A stretch of DNA of 64,000 bases from Zancudomyces culisetae HAW-14-8 (lineage: Eukaryota; Fungi; Kickxellomycota). The notes below the pieces were generated by a model. The model saw only the letters and a list, made by a program, of their open reading frames with translations, was not told the DNA's origin and did no database searches. The stretch lies in contig JBNJNM010000022.1 of NCBI GenBank assembly GCA_052426225.1, positions 124,001-188,000 of the forward strand, given 5' to 3'. Positions 39,251 through 52,581 of the stretch are shown here, piece by piece. Within the stretch, counting starts at the first letter, position 1. Every line of letters starts with the position of its first letter. A program made the position numbers and the translations under genes.

Positions 39251-39802
39251 ACTATTAAGAATGAATGTTTTTGTTTCTTTTCTTGTTTACTCTGGTTTCA
39301 TTTAGTGCATTTCTGTCATTCTATATTGCATTGTTAAACAAGAAATAATGATATCTATTCCTAAGCAAGCTAATGTTTTATATCTTTTGCATTTACGGTA
39401 AATTTTAACCTTCAAACTTATCAAAGCTTATTGATTAAGAATTTACTAATAGGTACTGTGTAAGCGACTTGAACTAACCACTTCACCTAAAAACAGACAC
39501 ATTAAAGATAAAATACACAAGTAACTTCTGCGAAAAAATAATAATAATGGTTATTTTATGGTAAAAGTGAGAAAACAATTTCCGTACATTTCTTTACATC
39601 AAAATTAGCGCAGACCAATTGAACGCAAAACTATAACGTATGACAGTACAGAAATTTTCGTTTAAAAGATAGAGGCCTTTTCTTGCCTTAACCACGCATA
39701 GTTACTTAAATCTTAGATAGTGTATTATTCAATAGACAAAGACAAGGACGGTGCCATTTGCGAAAAAAATAAAAGAGAAAAAAAGGCACGAATAAAAAGA
39801 AG

Positions 39803-41083
39803 TTAGCGGGAAAGAACACGCTTAATCTCGGAGTATATAACATTTGAATCGGGGAAAGAGAGCGATTCAAGGTTTGCGGCATAAGGGGTAGGAATATCAG
39901 CACCAGTAATTCTAGAAACAGGTGCATCCAAATAATCAAATGCTTCGGATTCCATTATCTGAGCAGAAATCTCAGAGCCAACGCCAAACATAGGAAAACC
40001 TTGTTCAACAGTAACAAGACGGTTGGTCTTCTTTACAGACTTGACAATAGTGTCAATGTCAAGAGGTCTGATGGATCGCAGATTAATAACTTCAATTTCG
40101 ATTCCATGTTCCTTCGCCAGACGTTCGGCAGCCTCGAGCACAAATCCAACTGGACGAGAATGCGCAACTACTGTGAGGTCTTTTCCTTCGCGTGCAATTT
40201 TTGCTTTCCCAATAGGAATCAAGAAGTCCTTGTTCTTCATTTCTTGTGTTACTGGAAAACTGCTTCCGTACATCAATTCGTTCTCCAAAACTACAACTGG
40301 GTTTTCGTCGCGAATTGCTGCTTTTAACAAACCCTTGGCGTCCTCAGAATCATATACACTGACTACTTTAAGCCCTGGAATACTTCCATACCATGCTGAA
40401 AAGTCTTGAGAGTGTTGTGCTGCAACACCTAGAGCTGCCGAGTTGGGTCCGCGGAATACCATTGGGCATCCCACCTTTCCTCCTGACATATACAATGTCT
40501 TGCCTGCTGAATTTACTATCTGATCTATTGCCTGCATCGAAAAGTTAAAGGTCATGAATTCACAAACTGGCCTCAAGCCAGCTAGTGCTGAGCCTATTGC
40601 CAACCCTGTAAAACCCATCTCTGTTATTGGTGTATCGATCACTCGTTCTGGTCCATATTTATCCAATAATCCCTTGGACACCTTGTATGCCCCATTGTAT
40701 TGTGCAACTTCTTCTCCCATTAAATATACCTTGGAATCTCTTTCCATTTCTTCATCCAAAGCCTGATTCAGAGCCTCTCTAACTGTAATCTACATTGAAT
40801 TTCAAAAGTTCTTTTTTAGTATTATGAATGTTTTTGTTTTTACTGCTTTTATGTTTTTTACCACGCGCCCCTCCCCCCTGTTTTATTTTTGAATGTGCTA
40901 TTCATCGCGAATCAACTGTTGTCAATAATGTATATTAATTACCGTTTCTTCTTGTGAACTATATTTGCGGATTTGTTGAGATTTAAAGTTCGCAAGGGCT
41001 CCCAAACTCGCTCCATTTGCATTTATCCTCGAATTCAATGGACGAATCGCCTTTGCCAATCTGCTTATTCCTCTCCCGTTCAT
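39803..41083 (-). CDS. PDB1: Pyruvate dehydrogenase E1 beta subunit, mitochondrial (2 exons: 41083-40943, 40789-39803)
   Basis: Arg-rich presequence in exon 1, then [60 protein letters not shown] and AAQHSQ. Confidence 0.97.
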
Positions 41084-42147
41084 TATTTTATGCACTGTCA
41101 ATTACTTTTAGTAGTTTGATTTCCCAACTAGTTAGGATATTTTGCTTGCTATAATACTCAACAAGTATTTATATTCCGGTTGATTTACGGACTATACAGA
41201 AAAAAAAGCGACTTTTTTTTTAGCTCAGTTAATTGTGCCACTATGGATTGTTTTTCGTTTCCATCCATTTAAAATGCTTTTCCACGTCAAATTAATGACC
41301 TAAAAGTCAACAAAAAAAATTTTTTTTTACATGGACTTTTTTTTTGAACTATTTTTTAAGAAAAATAGTTATTTTTCTGCGAATCAACGCACCGCACTAT
41401 TTCATTTCTCGCATTTAATTTGCAAAAATTAAATTAACGCTAGCTTTTATGCAAATAAAAATAAAAATTTATGCTTGCTATAGAAAACAAGTAAAATGGA
41501 AAATTTGGCAAACTCAACTTTGTACTGTATTCGTGAATCTAAATAGTTCATTAATCTCCTGTAATGCCATTTCATTTCCCTCTGACCTTTGTCTTTGAGT
41601 TTGTTCATCTTTCAAGAACTTTCTATATTCATTGATTTAGAAACTTTTATCAATCGGGACACACAAATCGTTTAAGAACTGAAATCACACCCAGAAGGCG
41701 GGTCTAATATCCACTAATATGCCACAAGTATATTTTATCTCCTAAATATCAGATATCACTTAATTTTTTTTTCGGTGTTTCCTAAATTTTTCATTACAAA
41801 TCAACGCAAATGGGATTGATTTTTTAATGCAAGACTATCTTTGCAACAAAATCAATCCACAAATCCACATTTATAGTGGAGATACCCTCTCATCATCACT
41901 CTATCCTGCCATTCAACTCGAGTATGACATCGCCTTACCTTTTATTGTTTTACTTTTACTTTTACTTTTATTTATAAACTTATTTTTAACTAAAAAATTC
42001 AAGATTAAACTGTGTTAATATAATAATGTAAACATTAAAACGTACTAAGTGGTTACAGCCAAGCTAACATCTTTAATTAAACTACCCTATTGGTATAACA
42101 GCATCCACTTTTGCATATTAGAAAATATCTCATTAATACTCATAAAT

Positions 42148-43547
42148 CTAAACATCAATGCCTAATTCCGCAATCAAAACCTTCTTAATACATCTTCCTT
42201 TTTATTCCACTTTCTCTGGGCTTGAATTTTTCCAGCAGCGCTCTGACCTAATTAAGAGAAGAAAAAAATTATTATTATCACTCTTTTATGTGCAAATGCT
42301 TGTACAAATAAGGATCTTTGTTCTACAGCTACAGTTTATATATAGTCAAGTATTAAAAAAAAAAAGACGTATACTCACCTCTTTTTTCGCACCCTCAAGA
42401 CTATCCAACAGTGAAATGTTGACCAAGCTCAATTCATTCATTCTACCCTTAATACCAGATATGTACGTAATATCCCTTTCGCCAACCAACAACTCCAATT
42501 CATTTTTAACACCACTCGGACATCCGGCATTTAATAACTCTAGCTTTCTTAACCTATCAGCTTCCTCATTTTCCTTGTAAATGCTCAACTCATACTCCAA
42601 CTCGTCAACTTGCTTTTTCAGCTGGTCACACTCATGGCTTAAATCGCTCTCGTTTTTTCTTCTTCGATCTCGTAATCTTGCAGCACTAAGCGCGTTTCTT
42701 TTTCTTCGTCTAGCTAATGCCTCGTTAGCCAAACTTGCTGCTAACTCAGCTTGGCTAAGTTTTTTTACCACTAGATCCTGTACCTCAAGCAATTCTGCAG
42801 ATAATCCATTTGTGAACCCTCCATTCATTGCCATATATCCCTGAGGATATTCACCAAGCCCCGGAACTGACATGACATTTCTTAGCATTTGTGTTCTAAC
42901 AACGGGATCAATAATCGGCTTTATGCCAGCTTCATCGCTGTTTGGTGCTAGTCCAAATCCTACTTGACCAATTACAGATGAAGTACCAGCACCCTGTGAC
43001 TGTGTTCGTGTGAATGGTGATCTTTGCATTTGTAAATTCATGTTTGGCATTACACTTAGGTTTCCATATTTTGGTACCCCCACTAAATCATTATTTCTTG
43101 GCTGATCAGCCTTAAACTTGCCTGAGTCGTCTTTATATAAATGTATGTATTTATGATATTTTTGATTAGTATACTTTCAGTTTAGGCAGCAGATATTTAC
43201 ACATGATGTAATGTGATTACCAATAAACAGCCCAAAGGTATTGGGTCCAGGCGAAGGCTCGTTTTCAAATACCTGTCTATTAAACATCTATTTTTTACAG
43301 TATGATGTTTATTTTTTAAAATATTCAACAAGAGCCATAAGAAAAGAATGGAGTGTCATTTGCCTACCTGGCTAGAAAGATCAAGGCTTTGTAGCATTTT
43401 TTGCTCCTGCTGTGCCATTAAAAGCTTTTGGTTCAACTGATTTGTGACATTTTGTCTAATGGCACTGTTCAGTGAATTTGTATTTGCAAACTCGAAATAG
43501 TTGATGTTTTCACTCCCTTGAGTATTCTCGCTATTGTAACGCTCCAT
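42148..43547 (-). CDS. bZIP transcription factor (at least 4 exons; 3' end uncertain)
   Basis: Basic region RRRKRNALSAARLRDRRRK followed by the zipper LSHECDQLKKQVDELEYEL, with a Gln/Asn-rich N-terminus. Exons are 43547-43368, ~43287-43221, ~43131-42379 and ~42246-42148. Confidence 0.85.
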
Positions 43548-44933
43548 TTTGGTTGCCTTGGTGAATAACTAGGATATTAATGGTTATATGTTATATCTGC
43601 TCCTAAATAAGTGTTAATAATACAACACACATTCATCGACGTAAATTGCAAGAAACATTTGAGCAATAGAATTATTGATTAGCTTCTATTGTTTTTCAAA
43701 AATAAAATAGTGACCAGAATCTGCATGTCAGCAAGTGTATAAACTGCAAGAATTACAGATATGATCTGAAAAACATCATTTCTGCTGAAATATATGTTGT
43801 TGTTTTTATGAATAGTGGCTTGTACTTTAGGAAGAGTGCTTTGTGTTAGATGTGCTCTAGTGTTTATGTGGGTAAATACACTTTTTTTTGAAATTACAAA
43901 AATATAAAGATATAATACAAACCTTTATTATCTTGGTAATCAGATCAATGCTGTCTTTATGATGTCAAAAAGAAGTTTCTCGGCTTTTAACTTTTTAAAT
44001 ATTTGGTTCGTATCAGCAAACACTGGGTGAATCTTTTTTCGCTAATGACGTGAAATCTAACTGGATAGTTTTAGATGGTTAATGCTGTTGGTACTGTTAA
44101 GAGGTATTACTGATACTCCTAATGATGGTTTGGCGACGAATACTAAAGGAATTTTTTTTTTATATGTTTGGAATTAATATGGCTGTGAATGTTGGCCTCC
44201 CCTTTTATAATAAGTTTAGCAACCATTTTGTAAATAAATGAACAATACTATTTTAGGGTTAATTCCACTATTGTGACGGCCTCTGTTCATAAAATATATG
44301 ATAAACTTTTGTTGGAATCTTCACTTTTATCTTCCTCTCTCCACATCACCCTCTAACATACACAAATAAATTCCTCTAAACATAAGTCTTAGACTCGAGT
44401 ATCGTTTTTTTTTTCTAAACATACCCAAATATGACCAGTACTACAAAGCAATAAATTAAGTAAACATATGTCTACTATTTGCCTCCACAGTTTCTTCTTT
44501 TTAATAAAATGCTACCCCCCCCCCCCCCCTCCCCCCCTCGAAAATATACAGATGATGATGCTTACTCTCGTTTGTCCTTTAGAATACTGAGTTAGATGTG
44601 TTTCCACCTTGGCGTAAATAACATCTGGAAAAAATACAACTTGTAAAAATATTACTATATTAGCCACACTAGATAATTAATGATGAAGTCAGTATTTAAA
44701 CAACCTAGCATCTTCAAAAATACTCCAAATGAGTAATACTACTTGGATACTTTGAAAATTCTGAGGAGAAAAAAATGGATAGGCGGCATAAATAGTTAGT
44801 GATACTTTAATTTAGGTGCTTTCACTTTGCTCAATGGGTTTTCGAAATGAGTTATAACAACACCTAAGTTACAAAATGTGATTGGAAAGCATTGTTTTGT
44901 ATTTCATCTACTAACCTCGCTTGCCTCTCTCCA

Positions 44934-44972
44934 CCCCACTCCACCCCATCCCATCCCACCCTACCCTGTCCC
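44934..44972 (-). other. G-quadruplex-forming tract (seven G3-4 runs on the minus strand)
   Basis: The + strand reads ccccactccaccccatcccatcccaccctaccctgtccc, in the bZIP/ADA2 divergent intergenic region. Confidence 0.6.
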
Positions 44973-45720
44973 TGTTTAAAAATAAAAACATCTTTATCTT
45001 TATGGTTATATTCTCTTGCAAAACTACTTTTTAAAAAGATTTATCGTGTTTTATACACATTGTTATTTTTGTGAATCGGCTTATTGTTTAAAAAGAAACT
45101 GTTTTGCAGAAATGCAGTAAAATTATAACACCAAAAATGTCAAACACATTAAAAATGAAAACAAACACTATTTATTCTGGTACCAAGTGTTATAGTGGTT
45201 TTTTACATCAATTTTTCTCTTTTATACTGCGTTTTCTTAAATTGAGGAGTGAATCACACAGAAAATGTATTAACACAGGAAATCGGTATGCGAATTTATT
45301 CTATATCCAGGTCTTATAGCGCTGCATTTGTGCTGCCATTAGTCAAGTCAGAAATTAGTATTGATTATAATATCAACGCATATATTTATATCTGCTTGGT
45401 TATAAACAAAGGAATTAAACAATATGCGTGTTTATTTTTACGAGAAAGCAAAAATAGGTGTATAAGCATATCCACCAGCTGGAGTCCAGTCTTGGTTAAT
45501 TCTGGTTTCTGGGTGCTGCTTTTTTTTCTATTGATGAACAAATCAGAAATACTGGAACATTGTGGCCATTAATTGGTGCAAATAACGTAATAAAAATCCC
45601 ATTAGTTTGTACGAAAATAATAATAGTGGTAATAAATAACAAAGTACTCATGCTTCAAATACAAAAAAAGCAAATAATATTTGCATATTTTTGTACTATA
45701 GATAAAATAAATTGGATAGA

Positions 45721-47437
45721 ATGACTGTAACCCATAGAAAAAGAAGCACTGCATTGATAGCAAGTGAAGGTAGATACTTAAATTTAACTTGGTACACATC
45801 TGATTTAATTTGAGATATTTAATTTGGATGAATTTTCAATTAATCCAAAATCTTAAATTACTTGGTAAAAATAGCAGGACAAAAATTCCACTGTGATGGC
45901 TGCCAGGCTAACTTAACTGATATAGTCAGAATAAGCTGTGCGGAATGTGCAGAATTTGATTTGTGTGTTACATGCTTCTCCAAAGGGATTGAAATAGGAA
46001 CACACAAGTCCAGCCATGCATATGTAGTTGCGGTAAATTGAGCCAAACATGTCCCATTTAATTGTATTTTGATTTGGACCAGCAATGAGCCCCGAATAAA
46101 ATTATACTATTAAGCATAAGTAATAAAACATTGAATAAATTTAAATAGTCGAAGCACACATTTCCAATATTTACCGCAGATTGGTCAGCGGATGAAGAAT
46201 TGTTGCTAATTGATGGATTGATGCAGTTTGGAATGGGAAATTGGGAGGAGGTATCGCTTTATCTTGGGACACGGACTAAGCAAGAATGTGAGGACCACTA
46301 TTACGATGTATACATAAATAGTGAAAAATGGCCCCTGCCAGAAGTTAGTAGAGTTTTCGGGCCAACGGTCACAAAAGTGGAAACGAATGAGAAAACCAAG
46401 ACAACATCAAAGTCCTCAAAACCACTATCCTCGCAACCTACAAACCACGAAGTAATGGGTTATATGCCAGGGCGGCAGGAATTTGAAGTAGAATATGAGA
46501 ACGACGCCGAACAACTGATTAAGGATCTTTATTTCGGTGAAGAGGATTCTGCAGAAGAAACAGCGCTAAAAACTGTGATTATGGAGATATATAACAATAA
46601 ATTGGAGAGGAGGGAGGAAAGAAAGCGGTTTTTGCTTGAAAGGAACTTGTTAGATTACTCAAAAAATATGGCGGTTGAAAGAAAGCGGGCACCGGAGGAC
46701 AGGGACATGCTTAACAAAACTAAAGTATTTGCCAAAGTTATGAATACACAAGAATATAAAATGTTTACGGACGGGCTTCTATGTAAGAGATTTATTATTA
46801 CATACCTGATAAGTATATTTGGAATGAAAATTCTGATATGAAATTATATTTGAATATAGATGAAAATGCGTATAAAAAAAGGATACTACAGTTACAAGAG
46901 TGGAGGAGAAATGGAATTACTACAATAGCCGAGGGTAATCAGTACGAGCTTGAGAAGATACAAAGGCAATCTAAAGCACGTTCCGGAACGCCCAGGGACT
47001 GTATTCAGAATTTAGAAAAGCTGCACAAAATGGCAATAAAGCATCTCCAAAAAGTGGTAATTATACCAATCTCTTTTTTTTTTATTATCATGCTTTAAAC
47101 TGACTGTTTCATTTAAATAAGAAAACGTATATATGAACCGATTTAGAGTGGTGCCGACTCACTATCGAATGCTAAAACTAGTGGGAAAAAGCCGATCCCA
47201 TTAGATGTAAAAAATGCCAGCGGTGCACAACTGCTGACTCCCAACGAGTTGGAACTATGCGAAAGGCTTAGAATACTACCACGACCATACATAGCAACCA
47301 AACAAGCTCTTATTAGCGAATATATAAGATTGGGGAAATTAACCAGGCAAAACGCTCATAAGGTATTACAGAATGTTAGCCAGGATAAAGTCGATGCTAT
47401 CTACGAATTTTTCATACAGGCTGGTTGGGTAGTATGA
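45721..47437 (+). CDS. ADA2: SAGA/ADA transcriptional adapter Ada2 (ZZ, SANT, SWIRM), 5 exons
   Basis: MTVTHRKR start; FHCDGC..CAECAEFDLCVTCF ZZ finger; DWSADEELLLIDG...GMGNW SANT; GYMPGRQEFEVEYENDAE; LQEWRRNGITT; LLTPNELELCERLRILPRPY SWIRM. Confidence 0.95.
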
Positions 47438-48139
47438 AGATGGCTCGAGTTTTCATGGTGTCACTTACTACCACCTCATTTTGCTTTCAAGTTGATAGTT
47501 TGCGGCAAAGTACATTACAAGCTTATGGGTGTCACTAGTTATAATACGGTCATGCTGTACATAAATTTGCGAGTTTATATTGATGTATGACCAAGGTGTT
47601 TGTATTTTTGTTGGGAAATGCGCGTGAATGGCTTTTTCTTGTTTCTTTGACCCATGTTTATAATTGTATTGTTTTTGTTCCGTATAAGTCTTGAATATGC
47701 TTACTCTCTTTTTATTTACAACAATTAATATTATATTGCACCAACAAGCTTATGGCTATTCTTACATTGTTAAGTGGCCAACATTTTATTACTGGCATTG
47801 TTAATATGTTTGATTCGTTATGAAGCTCATAAAACTGGGCATAAAAAAAATTTTTTTTTTAAATATTATTTGTGTGATATATTTCGATTCAATAACAAAA
47901 ACTCAATTTATAAAAATCCAGACAAAATTTTGAGCTTGCACAGAAATCAACACAGCTGATATTTGAGCTTTTTATATTTTGGTTTTACTAGCTTTTACCT
48001 CCTACTCTTTACACTACGAGGCAGCAAGCGTATTATTTTTATTCGAAGAATAAGCGAAGGTAATTTGATAACCTGTCAGAACTATACACCCGTGAATTAA
48101 ACGCACTACAAGTAAAACTGAGTGAAGTATAATTGAAAT

Positions 48140-49917
48140 ATGCCCAACCTACAAATATCAAACATAACGTTTATTAAACCAAATCTGGTATTTCTTTCCA
48201 TCGGGGCTGATTTCCAGATATATGATACAAGGTATGTATATCTATTTCATATTGTTGTAAATAAAAGCAAATTAAGCTAAATAGAAATGTCGGCTAATGA
48301 ATTGTGTTTTAATTAGTGCGAAAAAAGTAGTAGCCACAACAATCAAGGGATTGTATGAGCCAGGTTCAGTAAAGGAACTCGAGGATGTAAAAACGCTGAT
48401 CGAGACAAAAGACATAATTGAGAGGAAAGCTGGCCAAAGCGAGGATGAACAGGAGGACGAAGGTGAACAAGAGCACAATGTACCACCTACAAGGAAAAAG
48501 GCCAAGCTTGATAATACAAATGTGGATTATACCATCAAAGCAAGCACAACGAGTGTAAATGGGGATCTTTTGGGTGTCATTACAAATAGCAAACATTTGT
48601 TGGTTTACAAAATCCCTGAATTTTCTATTGCGAATGTATTGAAGAATGCTAAGGCTTGCAATGCAGTATGCTTTGATAGTAGTGGAGAGAATGTGTTGGT
48701 TGCCGATAAATTTGGTGATGTAGTCAAATTTAATTTATCAGGTAATGCTCCACCAGAAATTATTTTGGGCCACGTTTCAATCCTGACTGATATGGCATTC
48801 AGGAATGGCATTGAGAATTGTGACGTCGGTGATAGTACAAATAGCGAATACGTAGTTACCGCAGATCGCGATGAGAAGATCAGAATTAGCTGTTACCCAA
48901 ATGCCTATGAAATTCAATCGTACTGTTTAGGCCATAAAGAGTAAGGACAAAATTTAACATCATTACAACACATACAGCTGCAATACCATTTTTAAAAAAA
49001 TAAGGGTGAGGGGAAGGGATGGGGTGGCCGGTCCCATTTAGATTACCATGCTGGAATAACGTTTACTTTAATTGTACCTATAATAGATTTGTCACTAGTA
49101 TCAACATCCCGAGTATAAATCCCAACATCATAATATCCGGTTCTGGTGATTTGGCTATTAAAGTTTGGGAGTTACTGACAGGAAAAGAGCTTTTGACCGT
49201 TGAAACCAACGAAATTCTTCCAACACACGAATTAAAGTCCAAAAATACCTTTGGGGTCAAAAAAATTATTGACCACAACAATATTGTGGTTGTGATACTA
49301 GCAAAGTAAGTTTCTTGGTCGACCAGATGAAAGACATTACAATAAAAATGTGAATACTGATACTAATATCTTTCATGTCTAACCCACACATAGCATCAAT
49401 GGATTCGCCTATTCAACTTTTACCACTAGCAGCAGTGGCGAGCAAAAATTCTCTTTTGACAAGTTTAATTTTGTAAATCTTGACTTCGTTCCCAGCGATG
49501 TGTGTTTTGTTAATGACGATACATTGTGGATCAGCTCTACAATTAATTCTGTACACAAACATGAATCTAATGCGCTATATGCGTTTAAATATAATCCGGA
49601 GGAGGTATGCTTTATCTTTATATTCTTATACACAGTTCTCTATAATTTTTCAATGACAAACTAAACTATATATATATTTTTAGAGCACCTTTGAATCACT
49701 TGATACTGATCCTATCTCCGAAATCAAAACACCCAAAGGTAAAATAAACATATTAATCCACACCCTTACTAACTATTTTCGCGATGCTAAAGTGACTTTT
49801 ATTTACATTTATGTTTAATGGTATATATTAGTTGATCACTTTTCTGAGCCTCCCACCACTATTTTCGACTGGGGTAAGAAGAGTTATCGAAGGGGAAAAG
49901 GTGATGAGCCGTTATGA
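48140..49917 (+). CDS. TRM82: tRNA (m7G46) methyltransferase non-catalytic WD40 subunit, 6 exons
   Basis: [54 protein letters not shown] and ISGSGD are Trm82/WDR4 motifs. Confidence 0.92.
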
Positions 49918-49961
49918 GCTGATAGCTACAATACCAAGATCGGCGGTTGAAAAATTCCAGA

Positions 49962-51020
49962 TTATCCACAGAGCTTCTTATAAATTGTTGTAAAAAATGG
50001 CCAATCTATAACGCTACCAACTTGCTTTCTATATTCTATATATTCGTCTTTAAATATTTTGGTTAGCTGCTCCTCTTCGTATTCTACCCTCTCAATAAAA
50101 AATCTGCCCAGAATGGCGAAATACAGCACCAATGATATTGGATTAACCAGCATTATCTGTAGCCCTGTAGCCCAGATAAAATACCCTACATATGATGGAT
50201 GCCGTTCATATTGATAAATCCCTGTTGATATTAGCTTATGGTCTCTTTCCTTAGACTCTGCTATTACATGGTTAAAACTCGACTTTGCCGTTGCAAACGC
50301 CATGAATCGCATTGTCTGCCCCACTACCGCCATGAAAAAACCTATTTCGTCATATTTTTTTTCTCGATTCATCGCATTTTATGCTCCATAATCCTAAAAT
50401 AAAGTTATAATTGAAGGCAGAATAAGCTCTGTGTATATTCGCACTTACCAATAAAAACGAGTACATTGATTTTTTTAGCTGATGGTATTATTAGTAGTTC
50501 TACCAAGTACTCTGCCACTGCAAAAATTGAAAATAGTAAATACCGGTACTGGCCATCTGGGTTTATCATGAACGCTATATTGTCAAATGTAATGTTTTAA
50601 AAAAGAATAAATGACCACAAGTTCGATTTAAAACACATTAAAAAACATATTCAATCAACCATAATAACCTTAACATGTTTTATCTACATTTTATATCTAT
50701 ATACAGATTTACCATCACTCTTCCCCCATCCTTGTCGCTTATTTTTTTTCAAAGTTTTTTTTGTTTTTAGAAAGAAAATAAAGGTACTTACAACTCATAT
50801 CAACTCTGCTATAATTAAAGATGGCTACTCCCATATATTCCAACATGTGGTATGCCGACAAGAACATAAAGTAGCTAGATAAGCGCTTGTGTTTACTAAC
50901 AATAACCAAAGCTGCTATCGAAATTCCGAATATAGTCCCGAAAACAAAAGATAGCATGCTAATGTTATTAGCTGTATGAGCCTGCAAACTAAATGGCATA
51001 CGTGTTATCCTTCCGTGCAT
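49962..51020 (-). CDS. STE14: Isoprenylcysteine carboxyl methyltransferase (ICMT), copy 1, 3 exons
   Basis: FLSAYHMLEY, GQTMRFMAFATAKSSFNHVI...HKLISTGIYQYERHPSYVGYF and RFFIERVEYEEEQL; the first ATG is at 51020. Confidence 0.92.
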
Positions 51021-51487
51021 CTTGTCTATTATCCTATCTGTTGTGATAACCTTTACAAAACGCGATACTCCTCGTCCCACAAGTTTTCTCTTTTTTTTTT
51101 GTATTTTAGGACTAAAAGAGCTTTTTTTATTATTTGTTATTTACCTACCTGTCTATTTTGCCTGTTATTTATTTAGCTACAATATAAAAAAAGCTTGAAA
51201 AAAAAATCACATGCTAGCTGAAAACAAATTTGAATGCAAACCACCAATCGCTCTAAAGCTCAAAGAATTTTGCCATATTTGCCTTATCACACTACTACAA
51301 CTACATTGAGAGTTGGTATAAAGCTAAGTGCATTTTTTATTTATAAAAAAGGATATTTTTTAGCATCATAGGACTTGAATAAAATAATTGGCTTGTGGAA
51401 GAAAGCTGAACCTTACTTTTAGAAACACTGGTTCGATAAAACCTTAGAAAAGAGACGCAAACACCAACATTACAATACTCAGTTTGG

Positions 51488-52581
51488 TTAAAAAGAAGAA
51501 AACAGCGAATTTACCTCCTTTTTATACTGAGTATACTCACTACCAAAAATTTCAGTCAGCTTTTCTTCTTCATAAATAACCCTGTTAGATAAGTTAGTAG
51601 CACACACATAAATGTATAAGGGAAGTACCAAAACATTAGCCAACATTAGCTGAAGAGATATACCCCAGATAAAGTATGCAACATATGAAGGGTGTCTCTC
51701 ATACCTGTTTTTAGAGTATTATACATGTACATTGTTAGTTTCGTTCTTTATAAAGTACTTTCAGCATGATCTCTAGCCAACTCGGGGCATGTCCCCATAC
51801 CCAAAGTAATATAACTATTTGCGAATATCCAAAGGAATGCTCTTGACAACACTTACTTGAAGAACCCTGATCTTTTTAGGATATGCCCAGTTTCTCTTTT
51901 TGTTGAAATAACATGGGTAAAACTACCACCCAAAGATAATATTGTTAGCATCCTGAACAGCTGAGAGAAAACAACTAAAGCGCAACCTATGAGGTGTAGA
52001 TCCAACAATGGAATCAAAAAAATTCAAAACACAAAAGATGGAGGCGTAGAAAACGTACTAGTCGTGTGTGCTACTAAAGCAATGTCTTTTTTTAAAAAAA
52101 TATTTTTCTGGACTCACCTATTCTAAAGATGTACAGATTCTGCTTTAATGTGGGAAAATACATTGATTCCAAGGTATACTCCAAAATCGTGATAATGCTA
52201 AAGCGGAAGAGTAAATATCGGCCATCAGGGTTGATTAGAAATGCTATTATTATAATATTTCAGACATAATAACATTTTTCAATATTGTCTATCTTATTGT
52301 AATTTTACTAAATGTACCTAGAATACAAGATATCTTTTAAAAGGATAAAGCTTACAGTACATCGTGAGTTTTTTGGGGTTAACCACAGCTATAGTCAGAT
52401 ATTCAACAATGTGATGGATAGAGAGGAACATCAAGTAGAATAGCAGTCCAGTTTTGCAATTAAGTACAGAATTAATGCTCGAAATTGAGATTCCTAGAAC
52501 CAGTCCCAAAATTATTGAAACTGCTGATATATTTCGCGGGGTGTGGTTTTTTTCATTTTCGTCGAAAATATTTGGAAACAT
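51488..52581 (-). CDS. STE14: Isoprenylcysteine carboxyl methyltransferase (ICMT), divergent tandem copy 2, 4 exons
   Basis: Spliced ORF is intact: HTPRNISAVS..FLSIHHIVEY..SFLINPDG..SQLFRMLTILSLGGSFTHVI..GHILKRSGFFK-YERHPSYVAYF..NRVIYEEEKL. The first two intron positions are shared with copy 1. Confidence 0.88.
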
